Below are positions 9,505 to 18,540 of a stretch of DNA of 64,000 bases, piece after piece. The notes below the pieces were generated by a model. It was not told the origin of the DNA. It did not search any database and worked only from the letters and a program-made list of their open reading frames with translations. Positions within the stretch are counted from its first letter, which is position 1. Each line of letters starts with the position of its first letter. The DNA lies in contig JANNQX010000168.1 in the NCBI GenBank assembly GCA_031400975.1, forward strand, positions 591 to 64,590, written 5' to 3'. This DNA comes from Gemmatimonadota bacterium (GTDB taxonomy: Bacteria > Gemmatimonadota > Gemmatimonadetes > Gemmatimonadales > GWC2-71-9). A program made the translations under genes and the position numbers.

Positions 9505-9518
9505 ACCGGGAACGTCAC

Positions 9519-9540
9519 CTCAGCCCTTAGGCCGGCTGAG
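9519..9540. terminator. hairpin between convergent nosY and the nitronate monooxygenase gene
   Basis: CTCAGCC-cttaggcc-GGCTGAG, a 7-bp stem. There is no clear U-tract. Confidence 0.35.
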
Positions 9541-9547
9541 CCTCCTG

Positions 9548-10552
9548 TTAGGCCGAGCGGGCGGCGCGTTCGAAACGTGCCATGATACCGGCAACGGGCT
9601 CGATGGCCTGAATCGTGGCGGCGCTCATCCCGGCCTGCCAGACCGCGTCGTCAGCGGCATCGGCCCGGGGCTGGCCGCGAATCGAGGTCCGTTTGAGGTC
9701 GCGAATGGCGCGGAGTCCAAACCACGCCCGGATCCATTTCTTGGTACGCCGTCCTTGAAACAGCCATCGGGCGATCGGTCCGACCTTGGTGCCGATCTTG
9801 GTGATGTAGGGCGTCTTGATGACCGCCACTGGTACGCCGCTTAGCCGTTCGGTATGGGTGATGTCTGCCTCGGTCGCGGCCACGATGGCTTGCTTGTAGG
9901 CCTCGCTCGCGGTGCATTCGGTGGTGGCAATGAATCGGGTCCCGAGCTGGACGCCGGCATAGCCGAGCTGGAGCGCGCTCACAAACTCGGATTCGTTACC
10001 GATACCCCCGGCGCAGACCACGGGGAGCCCTAGGCCGCTCAACTCGGTCAGGAGTTCCTCGGGGTTGCGGCTCCCCGAGTGTCCGCCGGCCCGAGCATTG
10101 ACGGCAATCAGGCCATGGACCCCGCCGTCGCGGCCCTTCTCGGCCCACTTCAACTCGGTCACATCGTGGTAGACGACTCCGCCATAGCGGGTTGCGGCGT
10201 CGACGACCCAGCGGGGGTTGCCTAAAGAGGTCACAAAGAAGCGGACCCCTTCCTCGAGGGCGATATCGACCCACCGGACCATCCGCTGGTGATAGGTCTT
10301 GGAGCTGGCCTCAATCAGGGCGTTCATCCCCAACGGCTTCTTGGTCAGCCGTTTGATGAGTTGGAGACCGGCTCGAAACTCGTGCCCGTGGACGTAAGTC
10401 AGGGCAATCGGCTGGACGATGCCGATACCGCCGGCCTCCGAAACCGCGGCGACCAACTCCGGGTTGCTGCAGGGGTACATGGCCCCGCCGATGACGGGCA
10501 CCGTAATGCGGGCATGGCGAGTGAGCGAGGTTTCGAGACGCATAGGCCCCAA
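9548..10552 (-). CDS. nitronate monooxygenase / NAD(P)H-dependent flavin oxidoreductase (NMO family)
   Basis: 334 aa. N-terminus VPVIGGAMYPCSNPELVAAVSEAGGIGIV, plus GLPVVCAGGIGNESEF and YAGVQLGTRFIATTE, all typical of the 2-nitropropane dioxygenase family. Confidence 0.8.
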   Translation of the reverse strand: MGPMRLETSLTRHARITVPVIGGAMYPCSNPELVAAVSEAGGIGIVQPIALTYVHGHEFRAGLQLIKRLTKKPLGMNALIEASSKTYHQRMVRWVDIALEEGVRFFVTSLGNPRWVVDAATRYGGVVYHDVTELKWAEKGRDGGVHGLIAVNARAGGHSGSRNPEELLTELSGLGLPVVCAGGIGNESEFVSALQLGYAGVQLGTRFIATTECTASEAYKQAIVAATEADITHTERLSGVPVAVIKTPYITKIGTKVGPIARWLFQGRRTKKWIRAWFGLRAIRDLKRTSIRGQPRADAADDAVWQAGMSAATIQAIEPVAGIMARFERAARSA

Positions 10553-10637
10553 TTTATCGCGGTTGGCCTCGGAAACGGGACCGGTCGGCCCGAATCTATT
10601 GCTCGGGGTGTTTCGTCGTAGTACCGTAGGACTTAGG

Positions 10638-12962
10638 ATGGCGAATCTCGACGAACACGTTTCACGGGCCCTTGGGCCGGACTACCGAGTCGAGCGCGAG
10701 CTCGGCGGGGGCGGGATGTCCCGGGTGTTCCTGGCTCGGGAAGTTGCCCTCGACCGCTTAGTCGTGGTGAAGGTTCACCCGTTTGAGAGCCAGGGCCTCG
10801 GGGGCGACCGGTTCCGGCGTGAAATCCAAGTGGCGGCCCAGCTTCAACATCCCAACTTGGTACCGGTCCTTTCCGCCGGCGAATCGGAAGGGCTCCTCTT
10901 CTTCGTCATGCCGTACGTCGAAGGTGAGTCTCTCCGGGCTCTGCTTGACCGGGAAGGACCGATGGCGCCGTCGCGGGCTCGGATCGTTCTCCGGGACATC
11001 GCTCGAGCGTTGGCCTTCGCCCACGGGAACGGGATCGTCCACCGGGACATCAAGCCTGACAATGTGTTGATGGCCGGCGATGCCGCGATGGTGACGGACT
11101 TCGGCGTCGCCAAGGCTCTGTCCTCCGCCCGCGAGGCAGGTCCGGCGCTGACTGGGGTCGGAATGTCGCTCGGAACCCCATCGTACATTGCCCCGGAGCA
11201 GGCGGCCGGAGGCGACCGGCTGGATCACCGAGCCGATCTGTACGCTTGGGGCTGCGTGGCATACGAGGTGTTGACCGGGGCGCCCCCCTTCGTTGGCAAA
11301 AACGCCCAGCAGCTGATCGTGGCGCATATCGTCGAGTCGCCCCCGCCCCTTGGGCCGCGCTGTCCCGACGCGCCTGCCCGGTTGGTTGGGCTGATCATGC
11401 AGTGTCTCGAAAAGGATCCCGACCGTCGTCCGGCCTCGGGGCAAGAACTCGTCGATGCGCTCGAACGAGTCGATGATCCACCGGCCAGCTCCGGGCGCAA
11501 ATGGTGGCCGGCGGCGATCGCCGTTTTCGTACTGCTGGTGGCGGCTGGGTGGTGGGCGATTCGGAGCGGTCGGCCGGTCGTTGTCGGCGGCCGGATTTCG
11601 GCGGTCGCGGTGTTGCCGCTGGTTTCCGGCGCCGGCGGTGACGAGTATTTCGCGGACGGGATGACCGAAGAGTTGATCACGGCGTTAGGGCGGATTTCCG
11701 GCCTCCGCGTCGCGTCGCGGACCTCAGTCTACGCGATCAAGCGGACTGACGGGCTCGACGTTCGGCAAATTGCCCGCCGATTGAACGTCGGGGCCATCCT
11801 CGAAGGATCGATCCGCCGCGCCGGCGGACAGCTCCGCCTCAACGCCCAGCTGACCAGTGCGGCCGACGGATTGACGTTGTGGTCCGAGACGTACCAGCGA
11901 CCGGACGCCGACCTATTTCAAATGCAGGACGAGCTGGCGCGGGCCATTGCTGGAGTGATGAAGGTCAGGCTTGACGGTTCCACCGCCCCACCGCGGGGAA
12001 CAAAAGATCTCGCGGCCTACGACCTCTACCTTCGGGCTCGGCATCGATGGCGGCAGCGGGACGAGCCCGCGCTCCGGGAGGCGATTGGACTGTTCCAGCG
12101 GGCACTGGCGATTGACTCGACGTTTGCCAGGGCTTGGGCCGGTCTCGGTGATGCGCTCAGTCTGTTGCCGCTGTACGGTGCGGTGTCCGTTGACTCGATT
12201 CTCGGCCCAGCTCGGGCGGCCGCCGAACGGGCGGCTCGGCTCGACCCGGCCCTTGCCGCAGCGCACGCGACCCTCGGGAACTTGGCGAAGAGCACCGGCG
12301 ATTGGGCTGCCGCCACTCAGGCGCTCGATCGGGCGATTCAGCTCGACTCGGTCGAGGCCAACGCGTTGCAGTGGCGAGGGGAAGTCGGGTACCTCACCGG
12401 ACGATTGCCGGCGGCGATCGCCGCCTTCGAGCGAGCGGCGCGGGCGGACTCCACGTCGCCGATCATCCTCGGTCAACTCGGCCACACGCTGGGTTTGGCG
12501 GGCCGGCCGCTTGAGGCACTCGCGGCGGCGAATCGGGCCTTGGTTTTGGCGCCAGATCTTGGCGCGGTCCACTTCTTTGCCGGATCGGTTCACTTCAGTG
12601 CCGGCCGATTCGCTGAAGCGGCGAGCGCCTTTGAGCGGGCCGGCCAGCTTTCGCCGAGTTTTGGAGCGAAAGTTGGCTTGGTCTGCTACGCGCTGACTCG
12701 GGCCGGCAGCCCGAATGCCGCCCGGGCGTGCGCCGCATTCGTCGAGCCTGGGGCCTCTCCGACCAGCGTCGCCTTGATCGGGTTAGCCCGGGGCGACCGA
12801 GGGGCGGCCATCACAACCCTGGAACGGGGGTTTGCCCAACGCGATCCGTTCTTGTTGGCTTCATCGCTCACCGCGCCCTGGTGGTCCGATTTAAGAGGCG
12901 ATCCCCGGTTTTCGGCTCTGGCCAGTCAACTGGGCGTGGAGCTACCGGGGCCGCGACCCTAG
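10638..12962 (+). CDS. Ser/Thr protein kinase with transmembrane helix, TolB-N-like module and TPR repeats
   Basis: True start is ATG 10638 (MANLDEHVSRALGPDYRVERELGGGGMSRVF). Kinase motifs HRDIKPDNVLM, DFG and SYIAPE. TM helix WWPAAIAVFVLLVAAGWWAI. C-terminal TPR-like repeats. The track start 10419 is antisense to the NMO gene. Confidence 0.9.
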   Translation: MANLDEHVSRALGPDYRVERELGGGGMSRVFLAREVALDRLVVVKVHPFESQGLGGDRFRREIQVAAQLQHPNLVPVLSAGESEGLLFFVMPYVEGESLRALLDREGPMAPSRARIVLRDIARALAFAHGNGIVHRDIKPDNVLMAGDAAMVTDFGVAKALSSAREAGPALTGVGMSLGTPSYIAPEQAAGGDRLDHRADLYAWGCVAYEVLTGAPPFVGKNAQQLIVAHIVESPPPLGPRCPDAPARLVGLIMQCLEKDPDRRPASGQELVDALERVDDPPASSGRKWWPAAIAVFVLLVAAGWWAIRSGRPVVVGGRISAVAVLPLVSGAGGDEYFADGMTEELITALGRISGLRVASRTSVYAIKRTDGLDVRQIARRLNVGAILEGSIRRAGGQLRLNAQLTSAADGLTLWSETYQRPDADLFQMQDELARAIAGVMKVRLDGSTAPPRGTKDLAAYDLYLRARHRWRQRDEPALREAIGLFQRALAIDSTFARAWAGLGDALSLLPLYGAVSVDSILGPARAAAERAARLDPALAAAHATLGNLAKSTGDWAAATQALDRAIQLDSVEANALQWRGEVGYLTGRLPAAIAAFERAARADSTSPIILGQLGHTLGLAGRPLEALAAANRALVLAPDLGAVHFFAGSVHFSAGRFAEAASAFERAGQLSPSFGAKVGLVCYALTRAGSPNAARACAAFVEPGASPTSVALIGLARGDRGAAITTLERGFAQRDPFLLASSLTAPWWSDLRGDPRFSALASQLGVELPGPRP

Positions 12963-13129
12963 GGGCGACGGCGGAGCTGCTGCTTTGCCCTTGGTTTTTG
13001 GGCCTTGGCGGCGATGCCGGCGGCATTGGTTGGGATTGCCGCAGTCCTTGCCGCCTTTTTTTTCTCGAGGATAGCCCGAAACGCCGCGACGTTCGGGTCG
13101 TTCGCTGGGGTCTTAGGAGGTTTTGGCAT
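12959..13129 (-). CDS. small Lys/Ala-rich basic protein (hypothetical)
   Basis: Internal ATG at 13129 gives 56 aa: MPKPPKTPANDPNVAAFRAILEKKKAARTAAIPTNAAGIAAKAQKPRAKQQLRRRP. No recognisable domain. It may not be expressed. Confidence 0.3.
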   Translation of the reverse strand: MPKPPKTPANDPNVAAFRAILEKKKAARTAAIPTNAAGIAAKAQKPRAKQQLRRRP

Positions 13130-13181
13130 GGCTTGAAAGTAGTAGATTTGGCGGCACCCCTCCAGCCAAAGACCAAAATCG

Positions 13182-14921
13182 ATGAAGTCTCTCTTTTGCC
13201 TGATGGCGGTGGCCGGTCCGCTGTCGGCCCAGGCCAAGCCTCAGGACGCCTGGGTTCCTCCGTTGGCGTCGTTGATTGGTCGTAAGAGCAGCGAGCTTCG
13301 AGACGTCGTGGCCCGCTACACCTCCGACCGGCGAGCCCTCGGTCGCCGGTACGATCTTGAAGCCTCGGCGGCCCGTCGGCAGGCGGTCTCGCGGTTCGAC
13401 CACGGATGGCTCGCGGAACTCAAGGCGGTGCCGTTCGACCGGCTGGGACCGGACGGCCGGCTCGACCTGCTGCTGCTTCGCAACGTTCTCAATCGGGACC
13501 TTGCCGAACTCCGGCGAGATTCGGTCCGGGCCCTGGAAATGGCCCCGGCGTTGCCGTTTGCCGAAATCCTGGCCGGTCTCCACGAAAGCCGACGCGACTT
13601 GGTCAAGCCGAACGCCCCCGAAACCGCCCGGACCCTGGCGGGGTTGACCCGAGTCATCGATTCGGTCCGGAAACGATCCGAAGACTCCGCTTCACCGCGG
13701 CCGTCCCGAATCGTCGCGCTTCGAGCTACTGAAACTCTGGTGGAGTTGGCGGGTGCCAGCAAACGGTGGTATGAGTTTCACGCCGGCTATGATCCGGTCT
13801 TTACCTGGTGGGCCAAACAGCCCTACGAGCAGGTTGCGGCCGCGTTGGAGCGATATCGAAAGGTCCTCCGGGAAAAAGTCTTGGGGGCCAAGGACGGCGA
13901 AGACGAACCGATCGTCGGTGATCCGATCGGCCGCCAGGCACTGGTCGAAGACCTGGCATTCGAGATGATCCCGTACCGGCCCGAAGAGTTGGTGGCGATC
14001 GCGGAACGGGAGTTTGCCTGGTGCGACGCGGAGATGCTCAAGGCATCCCGCGCGATGGGCTTCGGGGATGACTGGCGGTCGGCGTTGGAGAAGGTCAAGA
14101 CGCTTCACGGCGGTCCGGGAGATCAACCAGGCATCGTGCGCGATTTGGCGCTCGAGGCGATTCAGTTCGTCGAGGATCGGGGTCTGGTCACCGTGCCGGG
14201 ACTCGCGAAGGATGTCTGGCGGATGGAGATGATGTCGCCGGAACGGCAGAAGGTGAATCCGTTCTTTCTTGGCGGCGAGGTCATTCAAGTGTCGTTCCCC
14301 ACCGACGCGATGGCCGAGACCGACAAACAGATGAGCATGCGGGGGAACAACACCTTCTTCTCCCGGGCCACAGTCCACCACGAGCTGATTCCAGGTCACC
14401 ATCTGCAAGGGTTCATGGCGGAACGGTATCAGCCTCACCGGGCCGCGTTCGCAACGCCGTTCTACACGGAGGGGTGGTCGTTGTATTGGGAGATGCTGCT
14501 CTGGGACCTCGGTTTCCCGGCGACCCCCGAACAGAAGGTGGGCATGTTGTTCTGGCGGATGCACCGGGCCGCGCGGATCATCTTTTCCCTCAAGTTCCAT
14601 CTCGGCGAGATGTCGCCCGACCAGGCGGTTGATTTCCTGGTCAATCGGGTCGGCCACGAACGAGCGAATGCCATGGCCGAGGTGCGGCGTTCGTTCAACG
14701 GCACCTATTCACCGCTCTATCAAATCGCGTACATGATGGGGGGATTGCAGTTCCGGGCGCTGCGGGGCGAACTGGTTGACGGCGGCACGATGACGAATCG
14801 GTCCTTCCACGACGCCATCCTCCAATCCGGCAACATGCCTGTCGAGTTCGTTCGAACCGGATTGATGAACCAAACCCTGCGGGCCGACTTCACCTCGAAC
14901 TGGCGGTTCGCTGGGTTCTAG
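13182..14921 (+). CDS. DUF885-family protein (putative secreted metallopeptidase-like)
   Basis: 579 aa with a signal peptide. It carries the characteristic DUF885 motif HHELIPGHHLQ. Confidence 0.7.
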   Translation: MKSLFCLMAVAGPLSAQAKPQDAWVPPLASLIGRKSSELRDVVARYTSDRRALGRRYDLEASAARRQAVSRFDHGWLAELKAVPFDRLGPDGRLDLLLLRNVLNRDLAELRRDSVRALEMAPALPFAEILAGLHESRRDLVKPNAPETARTLAGLTRVIDSVRKRSEDSASPRPSRIVALRATETLVELAGASKRWYEFHAGYDPVFTWWAKQPYEQVAAALERYRKVLREKVLGAKDGEDEPIVGDPIGRQALVEDLAFEMIPYRPEELVAIAEREFAWCDAEMLKASRAMGFGDDWRSALEKVKTLHGGPGDQPGIVRDLALEAIQFVEDRGLVTVPGLAKDVWRMEMMSPERQKVNPFFLGGEVIQVSFPTDAMAETDKQMSMRGNNTFFSRATVHHELIPGHHLQGFMAERYQPHRAAFATPFYTEGWSLYWEMLLWDLGFPATPEQKVGMLFWRMHRAARIIFSLKFHLGEMSPDQAVDFLVNRVGHERANAMAEVRRSFNGTYSPLYQIAYMMGGLQFRALRGELVDGGTMTNRSFHDAILQSGNMPVEFVRTGLMNQTLRADFTSNWRFAGF

Positions 14922-15400
14922 CTCGTGGGCGTCATCAGGGCCAGGCGCCAGACGGTATGGACCCGGCAGACGACATCGCCGGCGGTATCGGTGATGATGG
15001 TCTCAACTCGGCAGTCGATCGCCTGGTCACCGACCAGCGGAACGATGACCCGCGCGATGGCCGTCAAGGTACCCCTGGCCTTCTTCAGGTAGTCGGCACC
15101 GATGCTAGTGACGATCCCTCGGAGGTTACCGGGCAGGGCCATCGTCATCGCGAGCCCACTGGTCATTTCGCCGATGTTCACGAGGGCCACCGCATGGATC
15201 GATCGAAGGTGATTTCGCAATGAGGCGCGGTCCCGGGTGGTGATTCGGCAATACCCGGGCTCGAGTTCGTCGACGATGGCTCCGATCGAACCGCTGTACG
15301 GTACGAACCACCCGAACAGTCTCGAGAAAATCCACCGGCCGGCGGGGAGACGGGTCGTGAATCGCCATAGGCGGTCGAGTCGTTCGCGTTGAGAGGCCAT
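14918..15400 (-). CDS. hotdog-fold thioesterase-like protein (DUF4442/PaaI-like)
   Basis: 160 aa. Pattern GSIGAIVDELEPGYCRITTRDRASLRNHLRSIHAVALVNIGEMTSGLA resembles PaaI/DUF4442 hotdog proteins. Confidence 0.55.
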   Translation of the reverse strand: MASQRERLDRLWRFTTRLPAGRWIFSRLFGWFVPYSGSIGAIVDELEPGYCRITTRDRASLRNHLRSIHAVALVNIGEMTSGLAMTMALPGNLRGIVTSIGADYLKKARGTLTAIARVIVPLVGDQAIDCRVETIITDTAGDVVCRVHTVWRLALMTPTS

Positions 15401-15493
15401 TGATCGTTCCCGAGGGTTGGCAGGGTCTCCAGCTGGATTCTAACGGGCCGGGGCGCTCCCCAAGAGGCCTCGACGAGGGCAGATTTCGGTTTC

Positions 15494-17770
15494 ATGCCCG
15501 CCGCCACGCCGGACCCCCAGATCTCCCTCATCGGCATCCTGGTCGAGTTAGGGGTGTGCCTGCTCCTGACGACCCTGGTCCTCGGGTTGCGGCGGGAGGT
15601 GGTGCCACGCCCATACCTGGTCTATTGGTCGTGGTCCTGGATGGCGCTGTCACTTGCCCTCAGCAGCGTCCTCATCGTCCTTCATCGCAACCTCCTGGTG
15701 GGAGGCCTCGCGCAGGATCCCGCTGAAACGACCATTCTCGAATGGTTCTACCAGACCGCCAAGTTTCTGTTCCAAGGCTTTCTGCTCCTGGGCGCCATGG
15801 CGTATGGCGGGCGGCCCTTCGAACGCCGTCGGGCCGAGTTCGTCGTGGGCGGCGTGGCGGTGTTCCTCGGGACCATTTCGCTCGGGTTGGCGGTCGACCT
15901 CAATGGGCTGGTCTCAATTCAGGCAGCCGTCGCGGCCCCACTTTTCGCCGTTGCGGCGTGGTGGATGGGCCGCCGCCACGGACAGCGGACATTGGGGCCC
16001 CGGATCCTCTACTTTGGTTTGGTGTCGTTGGCGCTGCAGTGGGCGTTGTACATCCTGGCGTTTGGTGGCTTCGGTGGGCCTGATGTGGCGTGGACCTCGG
16101 TGCTCAGTTGGATCTCAGCGTACAATTCGTATCTCGATGCCGGGCAAGCCCTGATCCTGGGCGTCGGGATGGCTCTCACGGTGGTCGAGGATGATCGCCG
16201 TGCCGCGGAGGGAACGCAGCAAAGCCGGATAGTGGAAGCGACCGCGGCGGAAGCACGGCTGAGCCAGGTACTTCGCGCCGCTCACGAGGGTATCATGACC
16301 GTCGATGCCGATCGCCGCATTGGGCTGGTCAACCGGGCTGCGGAGATCACGTTCGGCGTGTTGGAGGACTGTCGGGGCGACTCGTTCGACCGGTTCCTGC
16401 GATCCGATCAACGGGTCCCGCTCTGGACGGCGCTGGCGTCCACCACCCGACGATCGGAGTCTCATCCGCCGGTAGCGCTTCGGCGAGAGGTCGTCGGCGT
16501 TCGCGTCAACGGTGACGAGTTTCCTCTTGAACTCTCGGTCTCTTCGTTTGGCGACGGGACCGACCGCGGTTTCGTCGTGGTGCTCAGGGATTTGACCGAC
16601 CAGCTTCGGTTCCAAGGCGAACAGGCCCAACTCCAAGCCCAACTGGCCCAGACGGCCCGTCTCGAAGCGGTGGGCCGGATGGTGTCGGGCGTGGCCCACG
16701 AGCTCAACAATCCGTTGACGGCGATCATGGCGTTTGGGCAGGACCTTCTCGGTACGTCCCGGGAGGACGAGGATCGGGAAGCGCTGACCGTGATCGTTCA
16801 GCAGGCCGAACGGTGCCGGGTCATCGTCGGCGATCTGTTGATCTTTGCCCGAAGTCGGCGGGAGGAGCGCCGCCGGATCACGCCGGACGAACTGGTGCGT
16901 CGGGTGACCCGCGTGTTCGAGCGCGATTCGGCCTATAGCAACGTCGCGTTCGCGGTGAGTGTGACACCTGATCTCCCGCCGATCGATGTTGACGGGCCCG
17001 GTATCGAGCAAGTCCTCGCGAACCTGCTGACCAATGCGTTCCAAGCCGTTTCGACCGGTGGCGCGGTCGCGCTCCGGGTCGCCGCTCGAGACAGTCGTTT
17101 GGTGTTTGAGATCGACGACGACGGGACCGGAATCTCGCCTGAGGCGCTACCCCGTTTGTTCGAGCCGTTCTTTACCACGAAGTCGCTGGGGGAAGGAACC
17201 GGCCTGGGCTTGTCGGTATCCCACGCCATTGTTCACCAGCACGGTGGGACCATCGAGGCGGAGAACCTCCCCAGTGGGGGCGCTCGTTTTTCGGTGGCGC
17301 TTCCGTTCGTGGAGCGACGATCCGATCCTCTGCTTCCGTCGGACCGGCTCAGCTCGAACGGCGACCAGGCGCGGGGCCCGGCGCTGGGCCGGGCTTTAGT
17401 GGTCGACGACGAGCCGGCGATTCGGACCGCGGTTCGTCGGAGCCTTGAGCGGCATGGGTGGCGGGTCGATGAGGCGACGGATGGCCTCGAGGCCTGGCTC
17501 CGACTCGATGTTGGGGGTCGTCCTGGTCCGTACGATCTCGTCGTCACCGATCTGCGGATGCCGGGGTTGTCCGGGGTTGAGTTGGTTGACCGGCTTCGGG
17601 CCAGCCATCCGGCGCTGGCGGACCGGACCGTCGTGATTACCGGAGACACGGCCTCGCCGGCGGTGGCCGAGTTCCTCGGGCGGCTCCAGACCTCTTATCT
17701 GCAGAAGCCGTTCGACATGCGAACCCTGGTTCAGATGGTCGAGCGGTTCCGGCCGCCGGTGTCGGGGTGA
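15494..17770 (+). CDS. hybrid sensor histidine kinase / response regulator (multi-TM sensor, PAS, HisKA, HATPase, REC)
   Basis: N-terminal region of about 220 aa is polytopic. H-box HELNNPLTAI. G-boxes DDDGTGI and GTGLGLS. C-terminal receiver ALVVDDEPAIR...DLVVTDLRMPGLSG. Confidence 0.9.
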   Translation: MPAATPDPQISLIGILVELGVCLLLTTLVLGLRREVVPRPYLVYWSWSWMALSLALSSVLIVLHRNLLVGGLAQDPAETTILEWFYQTAKFLFQGFLLLGAMAYGGRPFERRRAEFVVGGVAVFLGTISLGLAVDLNGLVSIQAAVAAPLFAVAAWWMGRRHGQRTLGPRILYFGLVSLALQWALYILAFGGFGGPDVAWTSVLSWISAYNSYLDAGQALILGVGMALTVVEDDRRAAEGTQQSRIVEATAAEARLSQVLRAAHEGIMTVDADRRIGLVNRAAEITFGVLEDCRGDSFDRFLRSDQRVPLWTALASTTRRSESHPPVALRREVVGVRVNGDEFPLELSVSSFGDGTDRGFVVVLRDLTDQLRFQGEQAQLQAQLAQTARLEAVGRMVSGVAHELNNPLTAIMAFGQDLLGTSREDEDREALTVIVQQAERCRVIVGDLLIFARSRREERRRITPDELVRRVTRVFERDSAYSNVAFAVSVTPDLPPIDVDGPGIEQVLANLLTNAFQAVSTGGAVALRVAARDSRLVFEIDDDGTGISPEALPRLFEPFFTTKSLGEGTGLGLSVSHAIVHQHGGTIEAENLPSGGARFSVALPFVERRSDPLLPSDRLSSNGDQARGPALGRALVVDDEPAIRTAVRRSLERHGWRVDEATDGLEAWLRLDVGGRPGPYDLVVTDLRMPGLSGVELVDRLRASHPALADRTVVITGDTASPAVAEFLGRLQTSYLQKPFDMRTLVQMVERFRPPVSG

Positions 17771-18525
17771 GTTCGGTTCTGGGGTTTGGACTGGCGGTTG
17801 TGATCGGCATCTTGCTCGGCCTGCTGGGCGGTGGCGGCTCAATCATGACCGTTCCGGTGTTGGTCTACGGCCTCGGCTTTCCGATGAAGGAGGCGGTGCC
17901 AATGAGCTTGGTGGTCGTCGGGGTCACCAGTCTGTTCGGTGCGGCGAGTCATCACCGGGACGGCAACGTCCGGTGGGATGCCGCCCTGAGCTTCGGCCCG
18001 ACCGCGATCGTGGGGGCGTTTACCGGTGCTCGAGCGGCACACCTGGTCTCGAGCCGAGTCCAACTGATTGTGTTTGGGTGCCTGATGCTGGCGGCGGCGG
18101 TCTCGATGTACTTCGGGCCGGCGCTTTGGAAGGGCCCCGCTGACCCGGATGCCCGGTCGGCGAAACGCCCACTTCTGGTCACCTCCACGTTAGGTTTCAT
18201 GGTCGGGTTCCTGACCGGTCTGGTTGGGGTCGGGGGCGGGTTCCTCTACGTACCGGCCTTGGTGCTGTTGGGCGGTTTGGTGATGAAGGAGGCGGTCGGT
18301 ACCAGCCTGATCCTGATCATCATGAGTTGTGTGACCGGGTTTCTCAGCTATCTCGGCACAGTACGACTCGATTGGAGAGCAACGGGCCTATTCACGGGCT
18401 TGGCGGTCGTGGGCGTGATGGTGGGGAGCCGGGTGGCGGGGCGGGTATCGCAGACGGCCCTTCGACGCGGATTTGCGGGACTCTTGGTGGTGATGGGATT
18501 GTTGGTTCTGTTCAAACCTCGGTGA
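17767..18525 (+). CDS. TauE/SafE-family anion (sulfite) exporter
   Basis: 252 aa membrane protein with duplicated GGGGS/GVGGGF motifs (LGGGGSIMTVPVLVY, VGVGGGFLYVPAL). The GTG start overlaps the kinase stop (GTGA). Confidence 0.8.
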   Translation: MSSVLGFGLAVVIGILLGLLGGGGSIMTVPVLVYGLGFPMKEAVPMSLVVVGVTSLFGAASHHRDGNVRWDAALSFGPTAIVGAFTGARAAHLVSSRVQLIVFGCLMLAAAVSMYFGPALWKGPADPDARSAKRPLLVTSTLGFMVGFLTGLVGVGGGFLYVPALVLLGGLVMKEAVGTSLILIIMSCVTGFLSYLGTVRLDWRATGLFTGLAVVGVMVGSRVAGRVSQTALRRGFAGLLVVMGLLVLFKPR

Positions 18526-18540
18526 TGGCTTAGGAGCTTC